Shown here piece by piece: positions 1 through 13,500 of a stretch of DNA of 64,000 bases. The position numbers and the translations under genes were made by a program. Source of the DNA: Macrostomum hystrix (lineage: Eukaryota > Animalia > Platyhelminthes); contig CATNEN010000005.1 in assembly GCA_950097015.1 (NCBI GenBank), positions 5,146,001 through 5,210,000 on the forward strand, given 5' to 3'. How positions within the stretch are numbered: the first letter of the stretch is position 1; each line of letters opens with the position of its first letter. The notes beneath the pieces are model-generated. The model was not told where the DNA came from. It ran no database searches and was given only the letters and a program-made list of their open reading frames with translations.

Positions 1-137
1 GCTAACGTAAGTACACTGCCAGTCCGCTGGATATTGCAAACATGCACGGTAAGATTGGCAGCGCACGGTAATTAGCAGATTTTATTCGCGCTCAACGAGT
101 CCGCCGCGAGAAGGCTGACACATGGGCTCATGAAATT

Positions 138-530
138 AGCGCTTTAAAATGTAGCGCTTCACAGCACATTGAATTGCATGTGCAAAGTGAACTGTAAATA
201 TTTTGCTAGTTGAAAGAAATATGTGTCCAAACTTTGGGCTTACTGGTATTAATTTTAGCGCTCTTAAATTTAACGCTTCACAGCACATTTTATTGCATGT
301 GCAAAGTGACCTGCAAAAAAATTGCTAGTTGAAAGAAATGTGTCCAAATTTTGGGCTTACTGGTATTAATTTTAGCGCTCTTAAACTTAACGCTTCACAG
401 CACATTGTATTGCATGTGCAAAGTGACCTGCAAAAAATTTGCTAGTTGAAAGAAATATGTGTCCAAATTTTGCGCTTACTGGTATTAATTTTAGCGCTCT
501 TAAACTTAACGCTTCACAGCACCCACACAA
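138..530. repeat. Tandem repeat, ~118-bp unit, ~3.3 copies
   Basis: Unit TAGCGCT...CGCTTCACAGCACATT...GCTAGTTGAAAGAAAT...CTTACTGGTATTAATTT recurs at ~138, 256, 374 and 492. Confidence 0.9.
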
Positions 531-620
531 AAGTAGGTGCAGAGTGACTTTACAAGGCAGCGCTTGACTTCAATTAAAGACACAAGTAACGGTGGAATCA
601 TTAGTACACTGGTTGGATAC

Positions 621-1145
621 TTAATCGGAGTCGCTATCAGAAGACCCCGAATATTCTGAAGCAACCGCTTCATTAGCGCTCTGACTCAGTGTGCTTAGGG
701 AGAACTTATTCGCAAGAAGATATTTTACAGCATCAGTCACGCTTTTACTTGCAACATCTTCAAGCAGTCTTCTAAACAATTCCCGAAATTGAGCGGCTAA
801 GCCCGGCTGATTCGCTAAGTCATCACAGAGGCTCTGCAAATTAACCTGAAGGTCAACCCACTCATCTGAAATAATATGCGCTTCTTCTTTTAGGCGTTTA
901 TATTTGTTACTGACGTCTATAGCCCGCTGACGAAATCGGATGGAAAGGTCGGTTCCAGACAAATGTTCATATTTCGCACTACGCGGTTTTTTATATTCAT
1001 CGAAAGAAGCTCTGTCTTCAATTGGAAGACGAGCGTAGAGTTTTTTCATATCGGATGCAGAACTTTTAACCTTTCGCAAGCACATTCTAGTTTGACTTTG
1101 GCCAACTGACTTACCAACCTGTTTACTCCAATGATCTCTGTGCAC
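621..1145 (-). other. Unidentified 174-aa open frame, possibly a terminal exon or TE-gene remnant
   Basis: Non-repetitive ORF with protein-like composition and an acidic Ser/Asp C-terminus; no motif recognised with confidence. Confidence 0.3.
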
Positions 1146-1904
1146 TGCTTTGCTGTTTTGCTGTTTTTATGCAGTATGTGTTAAAAAATTATTTTAGCGA
1201 ACTATTTTCGCTTCAACCTTTCTTTGAAGTTACTTTTATGCTTTAAAAATAATTAATGATTTAATGATTTTTGCCTTGCTGGTCTTTATTTAAAACTTTA
1301 TGGATTACATGTAATGACAAAAATAAGTAGAATGTTTGGTGCAACGATAAATCGAAGACTTTCGTTACGGGTGCTAATAATTTAGACTTTTGCTGAGTAT
1401 TTGTAATATTGACGTTCACCCTTTTGGTTTTTGAAGCTTTGCAGATAAAATTTGGGGACCTGCTGGACCCGATCGTTAGAAAATGGAGCGATTCGCTAGC
1501 TTGCGATATATTTGCTTGCGTTGCTAATATTGCGTTGCGAATTTGATCGCTACGATAACCATTGCTTAAAATAAGTAAGCACAAGCTGCAGCCTGCAGCC
1601 AAAAAAGTATTCGAACGAAAGAATATACTAATAAATAGTAATTCTTCGTTGAATGTGGGCAATGTTATGTGGTGAAACTTGTAGCACGTCTGCCTGACAA
1701 ATGCGGGTCGTTGGTTCGACTCATTTTTTATTTAAATTAATGATTATATGTTTTGCAGAACAACAAGAACATCATATAAGCCTACTCATTTCTTAATCCG
1801 GCTGAGTAAGAAAAAAAGCGGTTTTACGCTGATTTACATAAATATCAGCACTATACAGTACACTCGAAGCACCAAAGGAATCACATACAGTAGGATAGCC
1901 TATA

Positions 1905-2197
1905 TGTTTTGGAAAACTCTTAAATTAAGAAAACTCTTAAAGAATTTATTTTTCCAAACATATCGGCAGCATCCGAACCCCACAGAATTGCCGCACAGAA
2001 CTGCTTTATTCCACGCCAGCCGGAATTATTATTACCCGACGAAATGTCGGTACTCATCTGCAGCTGAGTAGACTGTGTGCACATCAGGGCAAAGCAGCTT
2101 GCCAAGGGCTGCACGAATAGTTCTAGACTAGGTCGGGAGTCGAACCCAGGACCATCTGATCCAGAGTCCGACACCTTACTGACTGAGCTATCCGCCC
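1905..2197 (-). mobile_element. tRNA-derived SINE
   Basis: Minus strand reads GGGCGGATAGCTCAGTCAGTAAGG (A box) ... GGGTTCGACTCC (B box), then a central CCCTTGGCAAG...TACTCAGCTGCAGATGAGTACC domain like conserved invertebrate SINE cores, and a short TTAAGAGTTTTC repeated tail. Confidence 0.75.
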
Positions 2198-2745
2198 TCA
2201 TGGGCAACCTCTCCCCCTCCTCCTTTCCCCCATGAGCTGGGATTCCCCCCATTCCCCCCATGGCCCATGAGCTGCGATCGGCTAGCCCAGCTCACCTCAC
2301 CATGAGGGCACCCTGGCTAGGCGCACGATAAACGCATGAGCTGAGGCCGGCTAGCCCGCGGCCATAGACTGGAGTGGGGACGGAAGCGGGGACGGAGGAG
2401 TCTGAGACTGAGACTGAGAGTCGGATGCGAAATGGGGGCAGGGAAGAGGGAACCGATCATGTCATTGGGAGAGATGGGGGGAGTGGGGTTGTTGTTGTTG
2501 AAGCTTGAAATAAATGTACTTTGGAGACAGACCCGTTACAAAGTAGTGGGGTCAGTCAGCAGGGGAAAGAGAAAAAAGAATGTACATGAACAGATGACAG
2601 TTTTTCTTTGATACTATGAATCGTAGTACAAGGAAATAATCATAGGAAAGAAAACTTATCCCAATCACAGACTGCTACAAGCTGCGCACTGAACAGCTAT
2701 TTTATCCAAAAACACTGCAATATTTCGACAACTAAAGTATTTATT

Positions 2746-4987
2746 ATGGACAAGTGGCTAATAAGGCCAAAAAAGCGCATACGCGAAGATGAGTCAGATG
2801 CAGGAGAAATCCCGATCGCTGTAGCCAGAGAACAACAGCAAGTTGTGCAGCCGGCAGTAGAGCAGCAGAATGCACAATCGGCTGGAGATCAGCAAGCTCA
2901 GCAGCAGACTCGACGAAAATTCTTAAACGAAGTGGCTGACAGACTTCAAATGGACAAAATTTGACGCAGCTAGTAACACTGTTACCTGCAACTTTTGTGT
3001 CGAGCATGGATGTGGCCACTGGAAATCAACCAAGAATGTGCTAACAGCTTGGAAAGAAGGATGGACAAGAAAGCAGCTGCAACAACACGAAGAAAGCGAC
3101 ACACATGTAAGAGCTAAAGAGGCGCAGTATCAGCGACCAAAGGAAGTGCTGCCCAAGAAGATTGTGCAAATGACGGACCAGCAAAGCACTGCGCTATTGT
3201 CGAAATTGCACACTGTACACTTTACAACAAAGAACCTTGCCTCTCAGCACAGAACTACACAGATGCACCAACACGTTTCAAATGAAGTAAAATTCATTTG
3301 TGCCCGTGCTGGCGTCGATGTCGCATTGCCATTGCCAACAGCTGATCACACTTCGAATTGGTCGACCCGACAGTTTGTCTTCGCACTTGCAAGGACTGTG
3401 CTTCTCAGGGATCTTGAGCGGCTGCGCAGTGCAGCTTGTTTCACCATCCATTTTGATGAAAGTACAGATATTACATCCACCAAGAAGTTGCTCATCTATG
3501 TGCAATACCCAGATACTGAGCAGCGCAAGCTTTTTCACAAGTTTTTTAAGCTGGTCGAGCTCGAGGCGACAGATGCTGACTCTATAACAAGAGCTGTGGT
3601 AAGCACTTTCAGCATGAAAACATCGACATCGAAAAATGTGTCATGTGCGTATCCGATGGTGCCAGCGTCATGCTGGGTGCCCGTAATGGTGTCGTAGCTC
3701 GGCTGAAGCGAATTGTTCCTCACATAGTCGAATTCCACTGTCTCGCTCACCGCCAGGCACTGTCAATCGGCGATGCGTTCGACAGCGTTGCTAAGTTTGT
3801 CGAGTTTGAAAGCCGCATTCGAGACCTCGTCCGCTATCTCCATACAACAAAGCACAGGACACAGCTGAAGAAGGTTGGAGAAGTCATCGGTGAGACTGTC
3901 ACAAGTATTGCTACGATTTTCGAGATCCGTTGGCTATCACGAGTAAGTGTAATTCACTCACTGGTTCGAAATCTAAAAGCAATTCAGTCGCTCCTCAACG
4001 ATGCCGCAACCCGTGAAGATTCAGCTGTTGGCCTTTTCAAGCGAGTGACATCCATTGAGTTTTTACTCATGCTACATCATCTGCTGGATGTACTCGTGCC
4101 TCTTGAGGTTCTTTGCAAGCAGTTGCAGGTACGGAATGTTCATCCACTGGATGCATTCTCGTGGATTAAGAGCTGCATAGCCACGCTTACTGAGATGTAT
4201 CTGTGCGATGACGTCGTCGGCGGAAAAAACTACCAAAAAATCGTCGCGGAATTTGCGAAAAGCGACACGGAGGAACGGAAAATTCTCATTCGTGACGACA
4301 ATGAGCCGAATGCTTTTGGTACAGTCAGCGCTGCTGTGCAGGAAGACGTTGTTCAGCTTGTATCAAAGATCTGTCAGTCTCCGTGACAGAGCTGATGCTA
4401 ATAATGCTGTAATTCGTGCTACTGAAATTTTCAAGCCAGAGATCTACCGCGACATGCTGCCAAAGGATCTGCCTGCATATGGTGATGAGCAGCTGCGGCT
4501 ACTGCTTAGTCATTTTAGCAGCTTGCTGAATATCAATGAGAATGAGGCGGTCGATGAGTTCTTGACAGCAAAGAGGCAGATGAGAATGAAGAGAAGCTGG
4601 TCGGACACTCTGTACGACATCGCCACAGATCGAGAGTTGTTTCCCAACTTGCGTAAGCTCGCAGAAGTCCTGCTCTCTTTCGACTCTTCGAAAGAGTCGA
4701 AAGTACTTCGGTCGACGTACAAGGCACCCGAGACCCGCCGCCAGCACGATGTCGAGAATTCACCACTGCTTAAGCGAGGCCGCTACGCCAAGTTCGCAGC
4801 CGCAGGACAGAAGAAGACACCTGGCCATTCTTCTACAGTCGATGCTGCAGAAGCCACCCTTTTAACAGCAGCTGCGGATGAACAAACCTCGGGCGCCATG
4901 GATAATGAGCAGCAAGGTGACGAAGACGACGAGGAATTAGGCAGCTCTGATGACGACCGATGTGGTTGGTGGATTGGCGATGAGTGA
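2746..4987 (+). pseudogene. Frameshifted hAT-superfamily transposase (ZNF862/Charlie-like, DUF4371 + dimerisation domain)
   Basis: Motifs FTIHFDESTDIT, CVSDGASVMLG, FHCLAHRQAL, EIRWLSR and FPNLRKLAEVLL are spread over four overlapping frames; the dimerisation motif is truncated. Confidence 0.9.
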
Positions 4988-5449
4988 TTATGCAGCGCTC
5001 GACGATGATCGGTTATAACAATGTTGCAAAGCTAATGTGCTACTTTATTTATTTATTTTCTCAATCATGTGTCAATGAAAATGCTAATGCATTCTTTTTG
5101 TTCATTCTTTTTAATCAAATATCAAACACCAATACCCATGTCAATGCGCTCTTAAATGTGTTTATTTCTCGATCGTTTGACATTTATACTACGTATTTAT
5201 ACTCGTAATTGCCAACGCACATGTACCGCAGCCTGACTTCCCACAATAAAAAAATCTATGAGTACCATGTTTAGCAAAGTCCTGCAATTACAAAGATTAC
5301 ATAGCATACATTGCAAACCACAAGGTGAAGCAGCTGAACTCGAATTTTAAGGATAATATTTTTGTATTATACATTTCTTTATACTCACTGTCTAAATGCT
5401 CTAAAGTCTACTCGCAGAATAAACGATTAACTTAGGTCGACTAAAAAGT

Positions 5450-5618
5450 GCACACGTTTATGATGGGGTTAATTTTTCCGACATTGGCCATAATTGCATT
5501 TTTATGGAACTTGAAGAATTAGGAATGCCATGGGGTATTGCTCCACCAAAATGGGGTACTACTCGGAAGCTTGATACCCCAATTCGGGTACTACTCAACC
5601 CCGAAAAAAATAACACTG
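5450..5618 (+). mobile_element. Probable hAT right terminus/subterminal region
   Basis: Ends in AACACTG (reverse complement of the CAGTGTT hAT-type TIR) with repeated GGGTACTACTC motifs; the matching left TIR was not found. Confidence 0.5.
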
Positions 5619-7561
5619 CTCTCGGCACCTGTCCTAAAAGGAGGGCCCCAAGGCGGCATCCTCACCCCACTGCTGTGGAATCTCGTCATGGATGAGCTGC
5701 TGAAAAGCACTCGTCCTGACCCAGTCCTGAAGGTGGGATATGCCGACGATGTGACCGCCATCTGCGCGGGCCCCTCGGCGGAAACCACCAGAGACCTCAT
5801 CAAGGGCTTTCTCAACAGGGCGGTGCGCTGGGCGGACCAATGCGGGCTCCGACTCTCTGAGTCCAAGACCGTTGCGGTTATGTTTACCAGCAGACTGCTC
5901 TGGACCATTAAGCCTCTGACTCTCTATGGCAAGAATATTGCCATGGAAAAGCAGGTCCGGTGCCTTGGTCTCGTGCTAGACCATAGGCTTAACTGGACCC
6001 CGCACATCACCACAAAGGCCAAGAGGGCCCTAGCCATACTGGCGCAAGTCAGGCGTGCCGTGGGCACCACTTGGGGGCTAACCCCCAAGAACCTTTGGTG
6101 GATTTACACGGCGATCATTAGACCGTCCGTCGCTTACGCTGGCCTCATCTGGGCCAGCGCCATGGGCATCCAGAAAAACCTGGAGGCGCTTTATAGGGTG
6201 CAGGGCAGAGCCTGTCGTATGACGCTAGGCGCCCCACCCTCCACTCCCTTCGAAGGCATGAATGCTTTCCTCAACGCTACACCCATTGACATTTTCGTCA
6301 AGGGGGAAGCAGCAAAGTCCACCCGTCGTCTTCTTGATGCGGGCGTCTCCTTCCAGAATTCGCGAGCCTTCTCGAAGCGCTCCCTTCTGCCTCACTCTGA
6401 CCTCTGCCTGAAAACTCTGGGCGAGTGCGGAGGGCTCACCATCCTTTCGGACGGGGCCCCGGCCACTTTACTCCGGAGCCACAGGTACAAAGTCAGCATC
6501 TCCCCTCGTAATGAGGTAAAGGACTGCTGGGATGACCCGGCAGTCCACTGTTACACTGACGGCTCTCTGATGAACGGTAAATCGGGATTCGGAGTGTGCG
6601 TCGCCTCGGGTGGTGAGGTCCTCTGGACCCACTCCCAATACTGTGGCAAGAGCTCTAGCGTTTTCCAAAACGAAGTGCTCGCCATCAGCTTCTGTGCGGC
6701 TGAGCTGCGCCAGAGGCAGCTGGCTGGTCGGATGATCTTTTTTCACTCCGACAGTCAAGCAGCCCTCAAGGCCCTCAGCCGCTGCACCTCTCGCTCCAGA
6801 ACCACCTTGGACTGCAACACCCAGTTAAACGGGTTGGCGCAGTCTAACAAGGTGGAGCTGCTGTGGATCCCTGGGCATGCCGGGTTCACAGGGAATGAGA
6901 TGGCGGACCAGCTTGCTAAGGCTGGAGCAGCCAGCTCCCTGATGGGCCCGGGCCCGGAGTCCCCGATCCCCATCTCTGTTGTCAACTCCAGCATCAACCG
7001 CTGGATGGAGACCCAGCACCGGAGGAGGTGGTCCAGCACCCTGAACTGTCGCCAGTCCAGGGCTGCGGTGCCAACCCCCTCTAGTAATCTGCGTAAGGCC
7101 TTACTCAGGCTTAACCGCAGAGACGTTAGAGCAGTCACTATGGCTCTTTCGGGACATGGCTGCTTCACCAGACACCGCTACCTTCAAGGCCAAGTGCCTG
7201 AGGAAACGTGTCCCTTCTGCTGCTCCGGACGCGAAAATGCAGAGCATTTCATCTGCCACTGCCCGGCCTTCACCCGGGCTAGACTAAAACATCTCGGGCC
7301 GGCACCGACTCTCGCCGAAGCCTGCTCGCCCGAGAACATCCCACAGCTCGCCCACTTCCTCCGGGATACCGGTCGAGCTGATTTCTTCCCAGCGTATGGC
7401 GAGGAAGATCGCGCGGCGGAATCGACCGACGGACCACCCTGAGCGGCACCGCCTCGCTGGAGGCTGTCTGGCTGACAGGGGTTAGCGATATGGGCGGCAT
7501 CAGCCGCCTCCTCGCTGCGTCCGTCATGGAGGCTCCCTGCCGCTAAGTCAAGTAAGTCAAG
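5619..7561 (+). mobile_element. 5'-truncated non-LTR retrotransposon (RT C-half + RNase H + C-terminal CCHC; I/R1/LOA-type)
   Basis: [17 protein letters not shown] and GYADDV (RT); [22 protein letters not shown] and [19 protein letters not shown] (RNase H); CPFC...EHFICHC knuckle; stop at 7442; 3' tail (TAAGTCAAG)2 at 7544-7561. Confidence 0.93.
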
Positions 7562-8110
7562 AATAGCTTCCTCGCATAGAAGCTGTGAGTTTAGCAGCAG
7601 TGGATAAGTTTGAAATTGCTCGGCTACACTCATATTTTGGGACACTTGAACCCGGTCCAAAAACGATGAAGTGAGCAAGTCAGAAGCTTCTCTGAATGGT
7701 ACTAGCAGGATACCATTTTTTACCATCAGGGACATCTCTTTGGAGCTGGAGAAGTCCTTGGCATTAGCTTCTTCATGAACTGATGTGGTGGCTGCAATAA
7801 TCGACATGACATCAGCAGCTCGGACACTCTTTGGCGATCCAGCAATGTGTTCACTTTCACTGTCAGATGATTCATTGGCATCAGCTTCACTTTCCAATGC
7901 GTTCAGATTCGATTCTGCATCTTCTGCTGCTGTTGCTGCTGTCCGCTTGCCAAACTTCTCTCGCATTCGTAAAATAGGCTGAGGCAGATCACTGTCCCTT
8001 GCAAATGTCTTTTCTCTCCAAAACTTCAGGCGTCGTCGAATTCCAAGGCGCCAGAAGGAATGGCCTCCACAAGAAAATAAGTCTGCCAGATTTGGGAACT
8101 GGCAACAATG
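7562..8110 (-). pseudogene. Unidentified minus-strand coding remnant cut by the LINE 3' end
   Basis: The frame of ORF 7184-7966 stays open upstream to ~8110 (HCCQFPNLADLFSCGGHSFWRLGIRRRLKFWREK...) and runs directly into the LINE tail. Confidence 0.3.
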
Positions 8111-8475
8111 GAGCTCGAAAAAACTTGCAACTCAGTTGCAGTCAAATTTGGCTTATTTTTATTGACAAATTTGTGTCACCTTTTTTATCATTTTCATTTT
8201 TTTTCTACTTTTTTCATTTTATTAAAGTTTTGTACCTTGTAAATTTATTCTATAATAAATATAAAGTCAAATTAAATAGTTTTATTCCTTAGTGTTGCGT
8301 TGGTGCAGTAAAAAGAATTATAAAATTCCACACCCGTTAAAATATACTCGTAATTGTATATTGTTATTGTTAGTTATTTACTAGCAAGTTTTGCCCCCCT
8401 TCGGGGAGCAGAAATACTTTTGATTCGTCTAGTATATACTTTTTATCAGCTGAATTTACAGCTTTTTAAAGCTAC

Positions 8476-9180
8476 AATGAACCCCCAGTTGACAATGATC
8501 CCCCAGTTGACAATGATCCCCCAGTTAACAATAAACCCCCAGTTGACAATGAACCCCCAGTTGACAACGATCCCCCAGTTGACAATGATCCCCCATTTGA
8601 CAATGATCCCCCAGTTGACAATGATCCCACAGTTGACAATGACCCCCCAGTTGACAAAGATCCCCCAGTTCACAATGATCCCCCAGTTGATGATGATCCC
8701 CCAGTTGATGATGATCCCCCAGTTGAAAATGATCCCCCAGTTGACAATGATCCCCCAGTTAAGAATGATCCCCCAGTTGACAATGATCCCACAGTTGACA
8801 ATGATCCCCCAGTTGACAAAGATCCCCCAGTTCACAATGATCCCCCAGTTGATGATGATCCCCCAGTTGATGATGATCCCCCAGTTGAAAATGATCCCCC
8901 AGTTGACAATGATCCCCCAGTTGAGAATGATCCCCCAGTTGACAATGATCCCCCAGTTGACAATGATCCCCCAGTTGATGAAGTCTCCCCATTGATGATG
9001 ATCCCCAGTTAACAATGTTCCTCCAGTTGACAATGTTCCCCCAGTTGACAATGTTCCCCCAGTTGACAATGATTCCCCAGTTGATGATGATCACCCAGTT
9101 GACAATGATCCCCCAGTTGACAATGATCCCCCAGTTGACAATGATCCCCCAGTTGACAATGATCCCCCAGTTGACAATGA
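8476..9180 (+). repeat. 18-bp minisatellite (GTTGACAATGATCCCCCA)n, unit 1
   Basis: Direct inspection; it produces the LTMIPQ/GIIVNW/QLGDHC pseudo-ORFs. Confidence 0.97.
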
Positions 9181-9800
9181 TTCAAACTCTGGTTTAGCCA
9201 TGATTCAAACTCTGGTTTTGCCATGATTCAAACTCTGGTTTAGCCATGATTCAAACTCTGGTTAGCTATGATTCAAACTCTTGTTTTGCCATGATTCAAA
9301 CTCTGGTTTAGCCATGATTCAAACTCTGGTTTAGCCCATGATTCAGACGCTGGTTTTGCCATGATTTAAACTCTGGTTTAGCCATGATTCAAACTCTGGT
9401 TTAGCCATGATTCAAACTCTGGTTTAGCCATGATTCAAACTTGGGTTTTGCCATGATTCAAACTCTGGTTTAGCCATGATTCAAACTCTGGTTTAGCCAT
9501 GATTCAAACGCTGGGTTAGCCATGATTCAAACTCTGGTTTAGCCATGATTCAAACTCTGGTTTAGCCCATGATTCAGACGCTGGTTTTGCCATGATTTAA
9601 ACTCTGGTTTAGCCATGATTCAAACTCTGGTTTAGCCATGATTCAAACTCTGGTTTAGCCATGATTCAAACTTGGGTTTTGCCATGATTCAAACGCTGGG
9701 TTAGCCATGATTCAAACGCTGGGTTAGCCATGATTTAAACTCTGGTTTAGCCATGATTCAAACGCTGGTTTAGCCATGATTCAAACTCTGGTTTTGCCAT
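9177..9800 (+). repeat. 23-bp minisatellite (GCCATGATTCAAACTCTGGTTTA)n; copies also at 12598-13220, 16019-16642 and 37350-37870
   Basis: Direct inspection; same position relative to the Helitron 5' end in units 1-3 and in the autonomous unit. Confidence 0.95.
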
Positions 9801-9902
9801 TCAAAAGTGAATGAAAAGTTTCCCATTTATTTAAAAAAAATGAAAAAAAATTTTTGCATCCATCACTACTGACTGAAAATTAGTTTAAAAGTATATTAGA
9901 TT

Positions 9903-9977
9903 GACGCAGTGAAGAGTCGAACCAAGGACACTTCGCCTATTCCTATTCCTAGTGCCTACACATCGGCTACTCTGACT
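9903..9977 (-). promoter_or_regulatory. tRNA-like Pol III internal promoter (A/B box) in the Helitron 5' subterminal region; copies at 13324-13398, 16746-16820 and 37955-38026
   Basis: Minus strand GTCAGAGTAGCCGATGTGTAGGCAC...GGTTCGACTC, followed by a TTTT run; the autonomous copy has GTCGGAATAGCCGATGTGTAGG...GGGTTCGATTC. Confidence 0.55.
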
Positions 9978-10555
9978 GTTGGATTGTGGATGCAAAAATT
10001 AGACTTATAAAATGAATTCTGAAAGTTCTGGCTTTGTACAAATCGAGTACATTTTAGTTGTGTACATTCATTTCTAATTTGTGTTTAGATTGTGCAGGCT
10101 TCTAACTCAGTCAGCTAGGGGGTGTTGCGCAAGTTGACGATGCAATTCCAATTCAGAGGCAGTCAGTGAAATTCTGACAAAGGGTGAGAAAAGCTATGAT
10201 GCAATCTATTTAAAAATAAATTCGCACTGACTGTTTCGCCAGTGGGGTTGACGCAGTGAAATTCTTATCAGTGTACTCAATTTAACAAAACTGGCCCTGA
10301 TGCAATCATTAAAATTGGCAGTGGTATGCACGTTGACAAAACTGGCTCTGATGTAATGCATTAAAAATCCTATCTAAAACAGTTTTTCGAATATTTAATC
10401 CCCTTAGCAATAAAGTTAGGCTTAATAAAAATACGTGTAAAATTGTCCCCATATTTGGCATCTTTTGGTGAAGAAATGGTGAAAATCGGTTGAGCCGTTC
10501 GGGAGAAAATCAATTACAAGCAACCAAGCAAGATTTTCATTTTTAGTATATAAGA

Positions 10556-13500
10556 CTAGCAAGTTTTGCCCCCCTTCGGGGAGCAGAAATACTTTTAATT
10601 CGTCTAGTATATACTTTTTAGCAGCTGAATTTACAGCTTTTTAAAGCTACAATGAACCCCCAGTTGACAATGATCCCCCGTTGATGATGATCTCCCAGTT
10701 GATGATGATCCCCCAGTTGACAATGATCCCCCAGTTGACAATGAACCCCCAGTTGACAATAATCCCCCAGTTGACAATGAACTCCCAGTTGACAATGATC
10801 CCCCAGTTGACAATGATCCCACAGTTGACAATAATCCCCCATTTGATGATGATCCCCCCGTTGATGATGATCTCCCAGTTGACAATGATCCCACAGTTGA
10901 CAATGAACCCCCAGTTGACATTGATCCCCCAGTTGATGATGATCCCCCAGTTGACAACGATCCCCCTGTTGACAATGATCCCCCAGTTGACAATGAACCC
11001 CCAGTTGACAACGATCCCCCAGTTGACAATGATCCCCCAGTTGACAATGATCCCCCAGTTGACAATGATCCCCCAGTTGACAAAGATCCTCCAGTTCACA
11101 ATGATCCCCCAGTTGATAATGACTCCCCATTGATGATGATCCCCAGTTAACAATGTTCCTCCTGTTGACAATGTTCCCCCAATTGACAATGATCCCCCAG
11201 TTTATGATGATCACCCAGTTGACAATGAACCCCCAGTTGAAAACGATCCACCAGTTGACAATGATCCCCCAGTTGACAATGATCCCCCAGTTGACAATAA
11301 TCCCCCAGTTGACAATGATCTCCCAGTTGACAATGATCCCCCAGTTGACAATGATCCCACAGTTGACAATAATCCCCCATTTGATGATGATCCCCCCGTT
11401 GATGATGATCTCCCAGTTGACAATGATCCCACAGTTGACAATGAACCCCCAGTTGACATTGATCCCCCAGTTGATGATGACTCCCCATTGATGATGATCC
11501 CCAGTTAACAATGTTCCTCCTGTTGACAATGTTCCCCCAATTGACAATGATCCCCCAGTTTATGATGATCACCCAGTTGACAATGAACCCCCAGTTGAAA
11601 ACGATCCACCAGTTGACAATGATCCCCCAGTTGACAATGATCCCCCAGTTGACAATGATCCCACAGTTGACAATGATCCCCCAGTTGACAAAGATCCCCC
11701 AGTTGATGATGATCACCCAGTTGACAATGATCCCCAAGTTGACCAATGGCGAAATCTGAGTTTGAATCTTGGCTTACCCAGCGTTTGAAAAGAAAAAACA
11801 ACTGAGCTAGTTATCCCCCAGTTGACCATTACCCCCCAGTTGACAATGATCCCCCAGTTGACAATGACCCCCCAGTTGACAAAGATCCCCCAGTTCACAA
11901 TGATCCCCCAGTTGATGATGATCCCCCAGTTGATGATGATCCCCCAGTTGAAAATGATCCCCCAGTTGACAATGATCCCCCAGTTAAGAATGATCCCCCA
12001 GTTGACAATGATCCCACAGTTGACAATGATCCCCCAGTTGACAAAGATCCCCCAGTTCACAATGATCCCCCAGTTGATGATGATCCCCCAGTTGATGATG
12101 ATCCCCCAGTTGAAAATGATCCCCCAGTTGACAATGATCCCCCAGTTGAGAATGATCCCCCAGTTGACAATGATCCCCCAGTTGACAATGATCCCCCAGT
12201 TGATGAAGTCTCCCCATTGATGATGATCCCCAGTTAACAATGTTCCTCCAGTTGACAATGTTCCCCCAGTTGACAATGTTCCCCCAGTTGACAATGATCC
12301 CCCAGTTGATGATGATCACCCAGTTGACAATGATCCCCCAGTTGACAATGATCCCCCAGTTGACAATGATCCCCCAGTTGATGATGATCCCCCAGTTGAA
12401 AATGATCCCCCAGTTGACAATGATCCCCCAGTTGAGAATGATCCCCCAGTTGACAATGATCCCCCAGTTAACAAAGATCCCCCAGTTCACAATGATCCCC
12501 CAGTTGATGAAGTCTCCTCATTGATGATGATCCCTAGTTAACAATGTTCCTCCAGTTGACAATGATCCCCCAGTTGACAATGATCCCCCAGTTGACAATG
12601 ATTCAAACTCTGGTTTAGCCATGATTCAAACTCTGGTTTTGCCATGATTCAAACTCTGGTTTAGCCATGATTCAAACTCTGGTTAGCTATGATTCAAACT
12701 CTTGTTTTGCCATGATTCAAACTCTGGTTTAGCCATGATTCAAACTCTGGTTTAGCCCATGATTCAGACGCTGGTTTTGCCATGATTTAAACTCTGGTTT
12801 AGCCATGATTCAAACTCTGGTTTAGCCATGATTCAAACTCTGGTTTAGCCATGATTCAAACTTGGGTTTTGCCATGATTCAAACTCTGGTTTAGCCATGA
12901 TTCAAACTCTGGTTTAGCCATGATTCAAACGCTGGGTTAGCCATGATTCAAACTCTGGTTTAGCCATGATTCAAACTCTGGTTTAGCCCATGATTCAGAC
13001 GCTGGTTTTGCCATGATTTAAACTCTGGTTTAGCCATGATTCAAACTCTGGTTTAGCCATGATTCAAACTCTGGTTTAGCCATGATTCAAACTTGGGTTT
13101 TGCCATGATTCAAACGCTGGGTTAGCCATGATTCAAACGCTGGGTTAGCCATGATTTAAACTCTGGTTTAGCCATGATTCAAACGCTGGTTTAGCCATGA
13201 TTCAAACTCTGGTTTTGCCATTCAAAAGTGAATGAAAAGTTTCCCATTTATTTAAAAAAAATGAAAAAAAATTTTTGCATCCATCACTACTGACTGAAAA
13301 TTAGTTTAAAAGTATATTAGATTGACGCAGTGAAGAGTCGAACCAAGGACACTTCGCCTATTCCTATTCCTAGTGCCTACACATCGGCTACTCTGACTGT
13401 TGGATTGTGGATGCAAAAATTAGACTTATAAAATGAATTCTGAAAGTTCTGGCTTTGTACAAATCGAGTACATTTTAGTTGTGTACATTCATTTCTAATT

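Larger units (their letters stand above)
8381..10555 (-). mobile_element. Non-autonomous Helitron unit 1 (2175 bp)
   Basis: TC...CTAG termini; the interior is 18-bp and 23-bp minisatellites plus a 5' subterminal block. Confidence 0.92.

Noticed and set aside
1668-1725. Degenerate tRNA/SINE-head fragments (also at ~63690-63735 on the minus strand)
   Set aside because: Only one box is recognisable in each and they are too short to support a call.
9903-9977. Functional tRNA gene
   Set aside because: No convincing anticodon arm or acceptor-stem pairing; retained only as a Pol III-like cassette.
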